The notes: generated by a model not told the origin, from the letters alone. A DNA stretch of 63,395 bases, filler included, from Octopus bimaculoides (GCF_001194135.2; 4 parts of 4 records of this genome joined end to end with filler, not necessarily neighbours in it), one strand, 5' to 3'. Shown: positions 25,550 through 39,544, counted from the whole stretch's first letter. Made by a program: numbers and translations.

Positions 25550-25800
25550 CGTGTTTGTCTTCAACGCCAAAACGTTTCGTCACCAAAAACAGACTGAATC
25601 GCCAGTCAGCCCTGCCAAATCATCAGCGGCAAACAGCTCAATCGTATCATCCCGAAGGAAACAGGGTGTTGTCGTTCAGGGATGAATGACACTGTGCAGT
25701 ACCTAAACAGGTATTATCTCCCTCATCCTCATCCTCGGGCCGACCGAAGGGACTTGTGGCGCTTTTAGCAGGATCCGTTTTTTTTACTCCGACCTGTAGA
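25550..25800 (-). mobile_element. Possible PLE 3' end with a degenerate hammerhead-like motif
   Basis: Minus strand RILLKSA...SSLNDN resembles a PLE EN end and is followed by CTGATGA...CGAAACGTT. Confidence 0.35.
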
Positions 25801-26690
25801 TAATCTCTTTATCTCCCACCAATCTCAAAAGCTCTGAGAAGAGATATAGACGCTGCGCCTCCCCTCCTGACTAAGCGATTAAACTAATAAGAACTGATAA
25901 TGCTATATGACTTCAGCCAAAAATGAAAGCTGTGATGCGAACTTGGTTTACTAAAAGATCTATAAACGTTCTTTCTATTTATGATTCATTTGACGGTTCC
26001 ATATTTAGACGATAAATATGCATTACAAATGGAAATGAACATTGTAGGTTGGTTAGGATTCCCATAATTCATTTCAATAAATGCTAAAAGAAGAAAAGAA
26101 GTGAGGTGGTGGGGGTAAGAATTTATTTCTGCAAATTAGCAAGGGAACGTATTTGGAAATACCAATTTCCAATAGATATTTGTGGGAATCCAAAATATTT
26201 ATCAGTTTCTTAGCTTTGTGCTACCAATTTCACAATTAGAGGAGAGTGATGAAGAAACAAATATAGCTGGATATTACATATGTGAGCAGCAGTAACAAGT
26301 GACGAACATTCCTACTGGAAGAAATGCGATGGAGAAACAAAACTAAAAACAAAAAATCTTATAATGAATATTTACCCAAAATGGTTAAAGTTCATGCAAT
26401 CTTATCTTGAAGCTAGGATTTTTGCAATCTGAAAGAAAATAAGCTGACAGCTTCCTGTAAATATTGCCATATTAACGAAACAAGTAGAGTGTTCCGTTTT
26501 AGGAACGCAGCTGATCTAAATGAGAGAGTGACCCGGGATCTGGCATAATTTTGTAACATTCACTTTCACTACAAATCAATCTAACATGATTATTCTGATA
26601 TACAAGTCAATTAAATATATATGTAATTGTGTGCATGTGCTTCTGTTTATATATGTGTATTCGTATATGCGTATGCGTATATATGTGTAA

Positions 26691-26747
<57 letters not shown>

Positions 26748-26945
26748 TATATATATATATACCATATATCGTATATGTGTGTGTAGGTGTTTATGCCTTT
26801 TAGATATGTACACACATGCATATACATATGAATGGATAAATGTATGCGCGCGCGTGTGTATAAACATGTATATACACACTTATATTGATAGATAGAAAGA
26901 CAGAAAGGTAGATAGATAAATAGACAGACAGATAGACAGACAGGC

Positions 26946-27010
<65 letters not shown>

Positions 27011-29649
27011 TCGAGGAAAAGACTTAGAAAAACAGAGACGGAAGCAAAGACAGATAAGGGTCAAAGGGAGAGAGACATATGCAGTCACTATCACCCCTGT
27101 TTGCTAAAGATCAATAGAATGTGAACACAGCAAAAACATAAATTCCTTTATTGATGTTTCGGTCATTACTGTTCGTGTTGTTGTTCTTGTTGAAAATGAT
27201 GATGGTGTTACTACTGTTGTTGTTGTTATTGAAGTTGTTGTTGTTGTAGGTGCTGGTTGTGGTGATATATTGATGTTGTTGTTGTTATTGTGATTTCTGC
27301 TTCTGACGTCAATAATAAGTTTAATCAGCAAACTGCATCTAGAATGTTCTTCTGGTCTTCTGATGGGTTGTTTGACCCTGTTTGAACTTCCATATTGTTT
27401 TCATCTGTCGAAAATGAAAAAGAAAGGAAAAAAAGAAAAGAAAGAGAGGATGGATTTTGGGGGTGTGTTGTTTACACATCAGTGTTAAAGCTATACAACA
27501 CGAAATAATTTCTTTCTGTTTCCAAAAATATTTTATCCCCACCTCCCCAAAAAAACTGATAGGAAAAAACGAAATCATATAACCTCTAGTGATGTTGCTG
27601 ATGTTCCTTTTTTGTTTCTGCTGCTGCTGCTACTGCTGCCGCTGTTGTTGTTGTTGTTGTTTAGCACCGGCTTTGTCCTGACCGGGCTAACCTATGATCA
27701 AGTACATCATTATTTTATTTGTTTTAAACATTGTGTATCTAGGATTATATTTTTCCATGTGTCAGTTGCTTCTCAGGAGAATAGGCTGTATTTTGAGAGA
27801 GTTCCAGTCGTGACCATCCAACCACTTTCTCCTTTTATACATAGTGTACGAAGAACTACGTTATTGAATGCGTTGTTCCTTCTTTTATGCTTTGAGATTG
27901 GTTAAATAACATTTCAGAGGTATATTTCAGTGGTATTTCTAACAAGCCTACCGGTTGGTATAACCTATCCACATTTTACATTATAGTTGGACATTCTCTT
28001 TATTGGCTGTCGACTGGAGATGTTGACTGTATCAACAATATTGCCTTTACAGTAATGGCGAAAAATCACTGAAAATCTGATTTCTTATGAACCACATTTA
28101 AGCTCACTTTTCCCTCCAATTATTAACTATGTATCCAGCAAGCCTAACCAAAAGCAGTGCATTTACTCCCACCAGGCAGCGAGTATTTTGCTTCATTCCT
28201 TTCGGTGGACTTATTTTGTGTTCTCGACTTTGGTCTTTCTTTTACATACCTTCGCCAAATGCTTGATGGAGCGCTTTCTACTTCCTTCTGCAGTTCTCGA
28301 ATCCTTGCTTCCTTATCCTTTCAAAGTATAATATCGACCGGGTAGGACATCATAGATATAACTACAGACCCGTGATATCGCGGCTCTACTAGGAGCCCTG
28401 TATACTGCCATACTTGTGTTTCATACAGCTTCCTAATCCCTTCATATTTTAGGCTATTCCTTGCAAGTTTCTTTTATCATGTTACTTTATCATGTCATTG
28501 GACTACGGCCATACTGGACCCCACTTTGAAGGATTTAGTGCAACAAATCTACCCCAGTAGTTTTTTTTTTTTAAGTCTGGTACTTATTCTATTGTTCTGT
28601 TTTGCTGAACCTCTATATTGCAGGTATATAAACAAAACAACACCAGTTGTCAAGCGCTGGTGGGAGACAAACACAAACAGAAACTCACACAGATGTGTGT
28701 GTGTGTGTGTGCGTGTATATATATATATATATATATACGCACACACATACATATATATGTATATAAATATATTTCACTTAGGCATTGTGATAGTAATGAC
28801 CTGATGTTAAGAGCATATTTACATATTCTTCAGAACGAAGCGTCAGTCGAGTACAGAGCAGTAATAGGAAAATAGGATGACAAAGGAATAAACAATTATG
28901 TTATGAAGTTCATTAGCTTACACCTATTTCTGCTATAAAATGCAATACACTCATAGCTGAAGTTCTCGAGTATCACCCTATAACTTCATCGGAGTTTCAA
29001 ACATGGAGTACAATTTTATTTGAAACAGCTGTAAAGTAATGAAATTCATAACATAATACTTTTATTCCTTTCTCATCTCATTTTCTTATATGGCCCAATG
29101 TGCCACGAAGTGGGACTGAACCCGAAGCCATGTGGTTGGGAAGCAAACTTCTCACTACACAGCCACGCCTACTTGTCTTCCGAAAACACCATCATCTCAA
29201 CAATCTGTAGATTCTCGTCAAATCATACCACATCATAGATTTGGGACGTTGCTTCGTTATTACGATGTGGCTTGGGAACGAGTGTATTTTCTTCAAATCC
29301 ACAAGGAGCTTCCAGTCGAGATTACTATTCAGAAGTATGGATCGTAGATTTATTTTGTTTATGCTACATCATTGCCTCTTCTCGCCTGTCCAGTGGAAAA
29401 GAGGGTGTAACTTGGTACTGATTCTTATGGCACTGATGTCACTGTGTTGCAGTATTAATGCAGGCCAACAGCAAGGATACTTAATATTTATATTAGCTAC
29501 CAGATGCCGTAGTTATCATGATAGAAACTTTTATATTGGCTTTTGGAACAAAATATCGTATCATAATATAAACACTTGTTTATATCAAAAGCCAATATGA
29601 GAGTTTCTCTCATGTATAGTTTCTTCTACATCCTTGTATAAGTGGGAAT

Positions 29650-29825
29650 AAATATTACCTCTCGGTATTAATACTGCCTCTGTCACTAATATATATCTAC
29701 CAATTAAAATGGTTTGTGTGCGGCCAAAATTCTTTCGATCGATGGGTGTTTTGCCAAGTACACCAATAACCACAGGAACTATTGTCACCTTTGCGTTGCA
29801 CAATTTTTTCATCTCTCTGACTGGG
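29650..29825 (-). mobile_element. C-terminal end of an R4-like RLE retrotransposon ORF
   Basis: EMKKLCNAKVTIVPVVIGVLGKTP matches the E.K.LW...V.VVP.VIG.LG motif. Confidence 0.65.
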
Positions 29826-29826
29826 T

Positions 29827-30020
29827 CAAGGCGGTGAGCTGACAGAATACTTAGCTCGCCAGCCAAAATTACGTTCTGAGTTCAAATTCCACCGAGGTCG
29901 ACTTTGTATTTCATCCTTTCGAGGTCGATAAAATAAGTACTTGTTGAACATTTGGCTCGTTGTTATCGATAAACCCCTTCCCCTAAAACTTCTAGCCTTG
30001 AGTGCCAACATTTGAAACAA
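29827..30020 (+). mobile_element. SINE family B followed by (ATT)n
   Basis: aaggcggtgagctgacaga head and gtcgactttgtatttcatcctttcgaggtcgataaaataagtac core. Confidence 0.8.
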
Positions 30021-30048
30021 TTATTTTTATTATGATTATTATTATTAT

Positions 30049-30094
<46 letters not shown>

Positions 30095-30116
30095 GTTGTT
30101 GTTACTATAAACTATC

Positions 30117-30178
<62 letters not shown>

Positions 30179-31129
30179 AGATTCACCAAAGGAGAACTAC
30201 GAAAGGCGGGCGTCTTTACACAACACATTCATACCTTCGCGAGGTAAGCGATCGACATAAAGAGACCCGAGAAACCAATCAAAATACTTGAGCTTGAGTG
30301 ACAATAAACGACACTGAACCATTACATTCCTCCCAACTACCACTACCACTACCACTCACATCACTATTACCACCACTGATTTACCAATTAACCAACAAAC
30401 TAATCAACCGTGATTGCTGCCATCTTGCAAATTGTCCAGTGGTTACGACCAGATACAATGAGATTCGAAGAGATTCGACAAGATATAGTCTGCTTTAAAA
30501 ACGCTTCGCGTATTAACTGTTTGACGTAATAATCTCATGTTACACAAAAACTTGTGCGTGTAATTTACAGAATGTTTTTGTCGTTATTTTTTTTAATTAT
30601 AATTTTCCAGTGTTTTCCATAATGGATCCTGCGATTAATTTAGGTTGTATGACAATAAATAAAAAAACTGTTTTCTTTTGAAATAAATCATTCGATAAGG
30701 AATCATGAAATAACACAGTGTTGTCATTTTAGTGGTGTTAACGTTAATTCTATTTTCCCGTATATATTTCAGGCAATTGTATTTTGTCTATGCATATGTG
30801 GTGTATTTGTGTGTCTGTGCATGAGTTTGTATGTGTCTATTTTCCGTCTCTCCTACTACAACAAATCACACTATATGCTCTTGCATCTACGCATCTTTAG
30901 ACGTTCGTCTTTTTGTCTGATGCCTCTACATTTATTATTATTTTTTTTTTGTAAGAATCCCTGAGCATCTTGTCGATTGAAACGTCACTTTAGCCAAAAT
31001 AACGACTAACACTATCCCAGTTGTAAGTATCCAGCTCTTACAATGATTGTTTGCTACAAAGAGATTGTTTTATTAACTCTCCGGTTTTCGTTTTACTTCC
31101 TCCTTCCAGCCAGGTCCTCCTTACATAAT

Positions 31130-31440
31130 TTATAAACTATCCCGATCACTATGGACGTGGAAACGTATAAAGCCATGCCTTTACTTGATGACAGCAACAG
31201 ATAAACAGGGCCTATAAAAGGGTTGATTATCTGATGAAACCCTCCATAAAAAAATAGAAAAACAGGTTCCCTTGTATTTTGAGAGAAGCATCCTCTTCCT
31301 GGGACCCGAAAGTTCCGCTTTGCAAAAATCCTGCTGGCAGAAATATTTTCATAAATGCAGGAATGAAATTTGCTTAGAGATGCAAACCCAGGTCTAAATT
31401 TTTTTACAAACAAGGTCGATATTTTCAATCTTAATATCAA
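31130..31440 (+). mobile_element. Possible PLE reverse-transcriptase remnant
   Basis: ITMDVETYKAMP resembles (T)MDVxSLYTxIP, and NIFINAGMKFA resembles NxF...AMGxKxA. Heavily decayed. Confidence 0.35.
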
Positions 31441-31451
31441 AACGAAAACAG

Positions 31452-31523
<72 letters not shown>

Positions 31524-32097
31524 TTGTATATCACTCAAATCAGATAAATCCAATAATGGTAATGTTTTATATCAGTCCAAAACTGTTTCCACGTCCGTTC
31601 GTTTTCGCGATGACGTATTTCAGGAGATTGATCAAAGCGTTTTCAATGTCCCTCAAAAGCTGTAGAGGGTGCGCTTGTACCCCCTACCTTCCCTGCTCTT
31701 GAGCCAATGGTCTATTTCTCCGTTTGCCCGCCTACTTCCTATTCTAACCAAAATATTTACCTTCGCCAATCTTGCTGTTGATGTAACATAGAACGTTCCA
31801 TGATAATATCATAACTATCGATTTTCCCGCAGTCAACCATAAGAAACGTCCAAGCTTTACGACTACGTGGTGCAACGAAAAAAACACTCTTTAGCAAACC
31901 ATGTGTTGGTAGCAATTGTTAAATCCAAGTATAGATCCTATCCAATCAGTTTACTGCCAATTAGTCGGTTATTATTTGATTCCACTTCCATATTTAGTGT
32001 CAGCGCTTACTTCAAATAATAAAAAAAGTTGTTTACAATTTTTATTCATTCACAATCTAGGAAAGCATCAACTATCATTCCGTTGATATAACTTTAA

Positions 32098-32289
32098 CTC
32101 TTTAGCATTTAAACTGGTCACATCTGGCCCAAACTGGTCAAATCCAAACTGCCACCCCTACCTGATAATGTCATTCTCAAAATAAGTAATCACATCATCA
32201 AAATCTCGAGGCTACGAGATAATACATAATGAATTCAAATGAATGTGAATAAATAAGCATTACATTTGACTGAACAATTTGCTAAAGGG
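32098..32289. mobile_element. piggyBac-like MITE
   Basis: TTAA-CTCTTTAGCA ... TGCTAAAGGG-TTAA, i.e. TTAA flanks and C(C/T)CTTTAGCA termini. A partial copy lies at about 58500-58650. Confidence 0.8.
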
Positions 32290-32309
32290 TTAAAGCATCT
32301 ACATGATGC

Positions 32310-32490
32310 TTCGACTTGCTAGAAATAACAACCAAATATCCATCAAATCTGGTTTTACTTATTTGTATAAGGAGATGTCACCGCAAGTGATGTAATCATA
32401 GATACCCCTGAAAAACCTGGAGGGTCACGGCTGGAAATCCTTTGTTTATTGATCTGCTTAGTCAGAGTTCATAGGGGGACTAAACAACAG
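32310..32490 (+). repeat. Family D interspersed repeat copy
   Basis: gctagaaataacaaccaaat...ggtcacggctggaaa...ctaaacaacagc. Confidence 0.6.
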
Positions 32491-32876
32491 CAAAGAGCGG
32501 TATATATATATATACATACATATATATATATATATGTATATATNNNNNNNNNNTATATATATAATTATGTATGCATGTATGTATGTATATACATATAATA
32601 CATATATGTAGATATATGTGTGTGTAAATATGTTTTATATATACATACACATAAATGCGCACGCACAAATACACACGCACGCACACCGCGCGCACACGCA
32701 CACCGCGCGCACACGCACATACACACATGCACACATATATATACATATATAATTTAATATCACCTGGATAATAACCTTGTAATGCGCATATCAAAACTCC
32801 TCAACGTTAATCGGCTACTATAGGCCATCATACAGCGGAATATAAATGTGGAAATCTGGTAGTGTACGCAGAGTTC

Positions 32877-33190
32877 ATATAAAAAATTATAAAACAAGAA
32901 GACAAAATAAACTGGCTTTAATCACAAACACAACAATTGTATCTGTGCATTAGTAACAGGTGTTAATTTCTGAGTGTTTCACATGTTATACATATTATTA
33001 TATAACTATAATTCAACAGTATTTGTGTTCTCGCACATCATCAGGTGAGTAACTTTGAGATATACGTTTTAATAAGAATAATATAGAAAAGTCAGCGATA
33101 GACAACTGTTACCAATGCACAGAAACGGTCGTTGCGATTTGTGATTAAGGCCTGTTCATTCCATCTTCTTGTTTTATAAATTTATATATA
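32877..33190. repeat. Inverted repeat with arms of about 90 nt
   Basis: tataaaacaagaaga...aatcacaaa...tgtgcatt.gtaacag at 32885-32960 is mirrored at 33105-33185. Confidence 0.65.
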
Positions 33191-33731
33191 TAAATTATAT
33201 GTGCGTATGTGTATGTCTACACATTGTAATATAATATAATATAATATAATATAATATAATATAANNNNNNNNNNNNNNNNNNNNNNNNNNNNNNNNNNNN
33301 NNNNNNNNNNNNNNNNNNNNNNNNNNNNNNNNNNNNNNNNNNNNNNNNNNNNNNNNNNNNNNNNNNNNNNNNNNNNNNNNNNNNNNNNNNNNNNNNNNNN
33401 NNNNNNNNNNNNNNNNNNNNNNNNNNNNNNNNNNNNNNNNNNNNNNNNNNNNNNNNNNNNNNNNNNNNNNNNNNNNNNNNNNNNNNNNNNNNNNNNNNNN
33501 NNNNNNNNNNNNNNNNNNNNNNNNNNNNNNNNNNNNNNNNNNNNNNNNNNNNNNNNNNNNNNNNNNNNNNNNNNNNNNNNNNNNNNNNNNNNNNNNNNNN
33601 NNNNNNNNNNNNNNNNNNNNNNNNNNNNNNNNNNNNNNNNNNNNNNNNNNNNNNNNNNNNNNNNNNNNNNNNNNNNNNNNNNNNNNNNNNNNNNNNNNNN
33701 NNNNNNNNNNNNNNNNNNNNNNNNNNNNNNN

Positions 33732-33847
33732 CCATATGGTTCCGGGTTCAGTCCCACTGCGTGGCACCTTAGGCAAGTGCCTTCTACTATAGCCACGGGC
33801 CGACCAAAGCCTTGTAAGTGGATTTGGTAGACGGAAACTGAAATGTG

Positions 33848-33892
<45 letters not shown>

Positions 33893-34105
33893 GTGTGTGC
33901 TTATGTTTGCCCATCCTCCACCATCGCTTGACAACCGATGCTGGTGTGTTTACGTCCCCGTAGCCTAGCAGTTCGGCAAGAGAGACCGATAGAATAAGTA
34001 CTAGGCTTACAAAGAATAAGTCCTTGGGTCGATCCGTTCGACTAATGGCGGTGCTCCAGCATGGCTGCAGTCAAATGACTGAAGCAAATATAAGAATAAA
34101 AGAAT
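33732..34105 (+). mobile_element. SINE family A, near full length
   Basis: ggttccgggttcagtcccactgcgtggcacc head, core, (GT)n tract and tail ending aagaataaaagaa. Confidence 0.88.
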
Positions 34106-34384
34106 ATATACATACATGCATGCATGCACACTTTGCTGTTTTTGTTGTTTCTGTCGACCCAGGTTGTTAGACCTTCAGTTTCAAAGCCATGTTTATCTAA
34201 GTGTTTTTCTCATTTGTGTATGCTTCTAGAAGGATCTATATGAATCAGAAATATCCCTTTTACTGTTTAACTTTCTCTAGTTTAATATTCTGTACCAATC
34301 ACATTGTCTACTTCAAGGAAACGTATTCACAACGCTATATCTTCACCATTCATAGGCAACATAGGACTTGCAATATATATAATA

Positions 34385-34490
34385 TACAAATTCCGCCGAG
34401 GTCGACTTTGCCTTTCATCCTTTCGGGGTCGATAAATTAAGTACCAAAAATTCTGGGCCTTGTGCCTAGAGTAGAAAAGAATATTAATAA
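34385..34490 (+). mobile_element. SINE family B fragment
   Basis: aaattccgccgaggtcgactttgcctttcatcctttcggggtcgataaattaagtacc. Confidence 0.8.
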
Positions 34491-34969
34491 TATATCACGT
34501 AATAACACATCATCACAAAAACTGGGTTTCGGTTTGAGTTAAAAAATACTTCACCCAAGAACTGCTGTAGACGTTATCAAAACGCAAGATCGAACCTACT
34601 CTCCAGTAAATTTCTCATATTTCGGATGGTGCAATACACGTCACCATTCTTCAATGATTTATTCATCGTGCATATTTGTCCTTCACATTGTCTTAGCGAA
34701 AATGCTGAGTCATCTGATCCTTTATACTGGATCATTCTACCGAGTCTCCACTTACTTTTTTCTTTCTGTTTTTTACTTGTTTCACTCATTAGACTGCGTT
34801 CATGCTTGGACACCACCATGAAGAATTTTAGTCGAACGAATCAACCCCAGTACTTATTTTTCTGAAGTTTTATTCTAATTTTTTTTTTTTTTTTTGTAGA
34901 ACAGCTAAATTACGGGGACGTAAACACACCAACACTGTCAATCAGTGGTAGAGGACAAACACAGACACA

Positions 34970-35422
<453 letters not shown>

Positions 35423-36049
35423 CATTTCCATTTTTCCTTTACTCCAGCTTTCTACACTCGTCTGATAGTGGAAAGACCCTTGTTATTATCTATTTATGTT
35501 GTAATTGTACAACTACTTTCCTTTTGTTGTATAGCCGAGAGACAATACATTGCAAATGTATAATTCTTTTTCTAATTCTACACATCGTATATGTGTAATT
35601 CTTTTTCTATTGCACGAGCATTATTATTTTATAACGTTACGTTCGTCCGATAGTCGAAAGACCCTTTCTGTTATTTACTTATTTGTATTCGTATATGTAC
35701 ATTATTTTTTTCCTTCTGTTGTATAGCCGAAAGGCGTTCTGTTGTACGTGTATAATTCTAGCTTTCTCGTCTTTGTTCCCGTTTTAGTTCTTGTATACAT
35801 TCGTTTGCTTTTCCCAGAGGCTTAATGCTTTTAGCTTAAGTCCTTGGCACTCGCCGGATTCGAGTAGTATCGCAGATAAGGGGACGAAACTAAAAGGATT
35901 TTCTGGACTCCGACTGATGAGGAAATTGGCTGTAAACGATCTGTGTATCTTGTTTTTGTCCTGTTTCCGTTTGTCGTCCTATCGTCTATTTCTTTGCCTG
36001 TTGTGTTTTGTTGGTTTCCGTTTGTTGTGTTCTTTCTGTCCTACCATTG

Positions 36050-36164
<115 letters not shown>

Positions 36165-36184
36165 TGTGTGTGTTCTTTTTTAAT

Positions 36185-36490
36185 TCTTTTATTTGTTTCA
36201 GTCATTTGACTACGGCCATGTTGGAGCACCGCCTTTAGTCGAACGAATCGACCCCAGGACATATTCTATCAGTCTCTGTTGCCGAACCGCTAGGTTACAG
36301 GGACGTACCCACCAACATCGGTTGTCAAGCGATAGAGCGAGACAAAACGCACACACGTACACACACACACGAACACTCAAACACATGTATATATATGTAT
36401 ATACGACAGGCTTCTTTCAGTTTCCGTCTACCAAATCCACTCACAAGGCTTTGGTCGGCCCGAGGTCATAGTAGAAGGCACTTGTCCAAG
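36185..36490 (-). mobile_element. SINE family A
   Basis: Tail tttcagtcatttgactacggccatgttggagcaccgcc and core gacaggcttctttcagtttccgtctaccaaatccactcacaaggc. Confidence 0.88.
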
Positions 36491-36927
36491 NNNNNNNNNN
36501 NNNNNNNNNNNNNNNNNNNNNNNNNNNNNNNNNNNNNNNNNNNNNNNNNNNNNNNNNNNNNNNNNNNNNNNNNNNNNNNNNNNNNNNNNNNNNNNNNNNN
36601 NNNNNNNNNNNNNNNNNNNNNNNNNNNNNNNNNNNNNNNNNNNNNNNNNNNNNNNNNNNNNNNNNNNNNNATATATATATATATATATATATATATACAG
36701 TAAAGCCAGTTGCCACATCGAAGTGAATGTTAAATGTTACTACTAGTTTAACCCCAAGTAGATTCTCCGCCAGCTGGTTATCGGTGCGACTCTGCACCCT
36801 TTATATACAATATGTTGTTAGAAGGGGGAGCAGTGAACCGTATACATGATAATGATTGTTTCGTCTTGACTGATGATAGCCGTCTCATCAACACACACAC
36901 TACACCCCATCACACAGTACAATCACT

Positions 36928-36998
36928 CCGCTGATGAGCCCTCAGATGACTTTTAAGACCAGCTGTTGACTGACAGGGTTTGAAATACAGGTGACAGA
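36928..36998 (+). ncRNA. Degenerate long-stem-II hammerhead-like motif
   Basis: CTGATGA-GCCCT...AGGGT-TT-GAAAT-ACAG-GTG. The 5' core is intact, but the 3' half is imperfect (H17=G). Confidence 0.3.
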
Positions 36999-37029
36999 TA
37001 TTATTCAAGTTTCTTCTATATCTTTGCTC

Positions 37030-37400
37030 TTTGGAATTTGATTATGAAGGAATGTTTTCGTGAACTAGCATATGTCTTACAAGATATTCTCTTAAAAGTT
37101 TTGTGACGTATGACACAAGTCGTAAGAAGTGGTTGGTGTCCAAGATCATTGCCTATCTGGGCATTACGATTTCCATGCGACTTCATATGGTTCACGTATC
37201 CTGCTTTTGACAACAGAACACGATCACACATAATACATATCCAATGTTCATTGTTGATTACAGTTCCAATTATTCCTTTGCGACAGGCCTTTTTCAGTTC
37301 AGGGTGCTGAATCATCGTTTCGTCCCAGGCATTTCCAAAATAAAGTACCGTGTAATCAACTTGTCCTCTCTCCTCGAAAATGTCTAGCCTTCAACAGATC
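37030..37400 (-). mobile_element. RTE-like LINE ORF C-terminus with a C2H2 zinc finger
   Basis: PELKKACRKG then CIMCDRVLLSKAGYVNHMKSH (C-x2-C-x12-H-x3-H). Confidence 0.6.
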
Positions 37401-37735
37401 GGCATCTCGTTCAGGGGAATTTCGTTAACTTATACGCCATAGAAACCAAGTGACTGGTCATATGAGTCCAAGGGCCCGAGAAAACTAATAAAATAAGAAA
37501 AAATGTTTGACTAAAACCCTTCAAGGCAGTTCCCTAGCATGACTGCAGTTTAATGAGTGAAAGAAGGAAAAGATAAAAGGGAAAAGATACTTCAAGATTT
37601 CAAACTGGATATCAATTCTACTATCAAATCTGCTGTCATTATCTCAACCTTCATCGTAGAAATACACACATATATGCATGCATACATACACGTATGTATG
37701 TGTGTGCGTATACATGTATATATATATAAATATGT

Positions 37736-37772
<37 letters not shown>

Positions 37773-38105
37773 NNNNNNNNNNNNNNNNNNNNNNNNNNNN
37801 NNNNNNNNNNNNNNNNNNNNNNNNNNNNNNNNNNNNNNNNNNNNNNNNNNNNNNNNNNNNNNNNNNNNNNNNNNNNNNNNNNNNNNNNNNNNNNNNNNNN
37901 NNNNNNNNNNNNNNNNNNNNNNNNNNNNNNNNNNNNNNNNNNNNNNNNNNNNNNNNNNNNNNNNNNNNNNNNNNNNNNNNNNNNNNNNNNNNNNNNNNNN
38001 NNNNNNNNNNNNNNNNNNNNNNNNNNNNNNNNNNNNNNNNNNNNNNNNNNNNNNNNNNNNNNNNNNNNNNNNNNNNNNNNNNNNNNNNNNNNNNNNNNNN
38101 NNNNN

Positions 38106-38137
<32 letters not shown>

Positions 38138-39544
38138 CACATACATATGTATGTATATATGTACGACGGCCTTCCACACTCTTTCCGTCTACAAATTTAC
38201 TCACAAGGGACTGGTCAGCTCGGGGCTAAAGAAGACATTTACCAGCGAATGCTTACACTCTTTTCTTAAGGAGATATGTAAATCCTTAGATGTCACCTAC
38301 ATAGGCTGCTACTGCTGCTGATACTGCTGCTTCTGTCACTGTTGCTGTGGAAGCCATTACGCTGCCATTGCTAGAAATATCAACCATTACACTCCTCAAA
38401 ACGCTTGCTACTGTTTCACGAAAATGAAAAAAAGAACGTTCGACAATGTAAGCCGAGATACAGAATGCTTGAAAACATGAGAAAATGTCAAAATGGCCCA
38501 CAGTTGCAATGGTAAACTCGATTGCGGTTAACCAGAGATAAAGCACAATAACAACAACCAAGCCAGCCAGCCAGGCAATCACCGAACCAATCACCCAACC
38601 AGCTGATTGGATGATAATCGCTACCAATTAAATATGGTCATCTTAGTTTACTGTCCTCGTGAGTTTTCTACGAATAGTCTCTTTTGTATTTAATCAAGAA
38701 ATAAAGTTTGACTTCAGATTTCGGAAATCAAATGATGCACCGTTTCTGAGCCTTTGGGGCTGAACACACATACATAACTACCACATACACTCGCATTTAT
38801 GTAGTAGATACATACGCACGCACACAGACGCGCGCGAACATATATATATGTGTATATATATNNNNNNNNNNNNNNNNNNNNNNNNNNNNNNNNNNNNNNN
38901 NNNNNNNNNNNNNNNNNNNNNNNNNNNNNNNNNNNNNNNNNNNNNNNNNNNNNNNNNNNNNNNNNNNNNNNNNNNNNNNNNNNNNNNNNNNNNNNAAAAC
39001 GGCTATGATATCTTGTTTTTTAGTGTAATTTTGCTACCTCTGGTAACTATTAACGTATTTAAATTATCGAAAGTTTTAATAACTGAGAAAATATTAATAT
39101 ATGCATAAACTAATATATATATATATATATATATACGACGGGCTTCCACACAATTTCTGTCTACTAAATTTACTCGCAAGGTACTGGTCGGCCCGGGTCC
39201 ATAGCAGAAGACTTGAAATCCCACACAGTGAGACTGAACACAAAACTACATAACTGCAAAGCGAACTTCATAGCAATGCAGCCCTGCCGACGTTGCTGTC
39301 GTTATTTTTTACCTTCAGTAAACATGTTGGTATCTATACATTCACTTTTGCCATCGCCTCCTGTATGCCATTGTCCTTTGCTATTTCCACCTACATTCAA
39401 ATTCTGCCGTTCTCCCATACTTCGCATAGTAGTTTCTCGAGGAACGATGTCTTAGAATAACTATTTCTAACAGGAATCGCAACACTCATGCATATTCTTC
39501 ACTGTGGATATTATTCCTTGTACTAAAGTACAATAACGATGGAG

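Noticed and set aside
30440-31000. Hammerheads at about 30445-30490 and 30964-30990
   Set aside because: Several core positions are wrong, so they cannot be told apart from chance by eye.
34577-34819. Minus-strand ORF RLGRMIQYKGSDD... as a gene or transposase
   Set aside because: No motif I can assign, and no splice signals.
35905-35950. Hammerhead at CTGATGAGGAAATTGGCTGTAAACGATC
   Set aside because: GAAA is interrupted and stems II and III are not supported.
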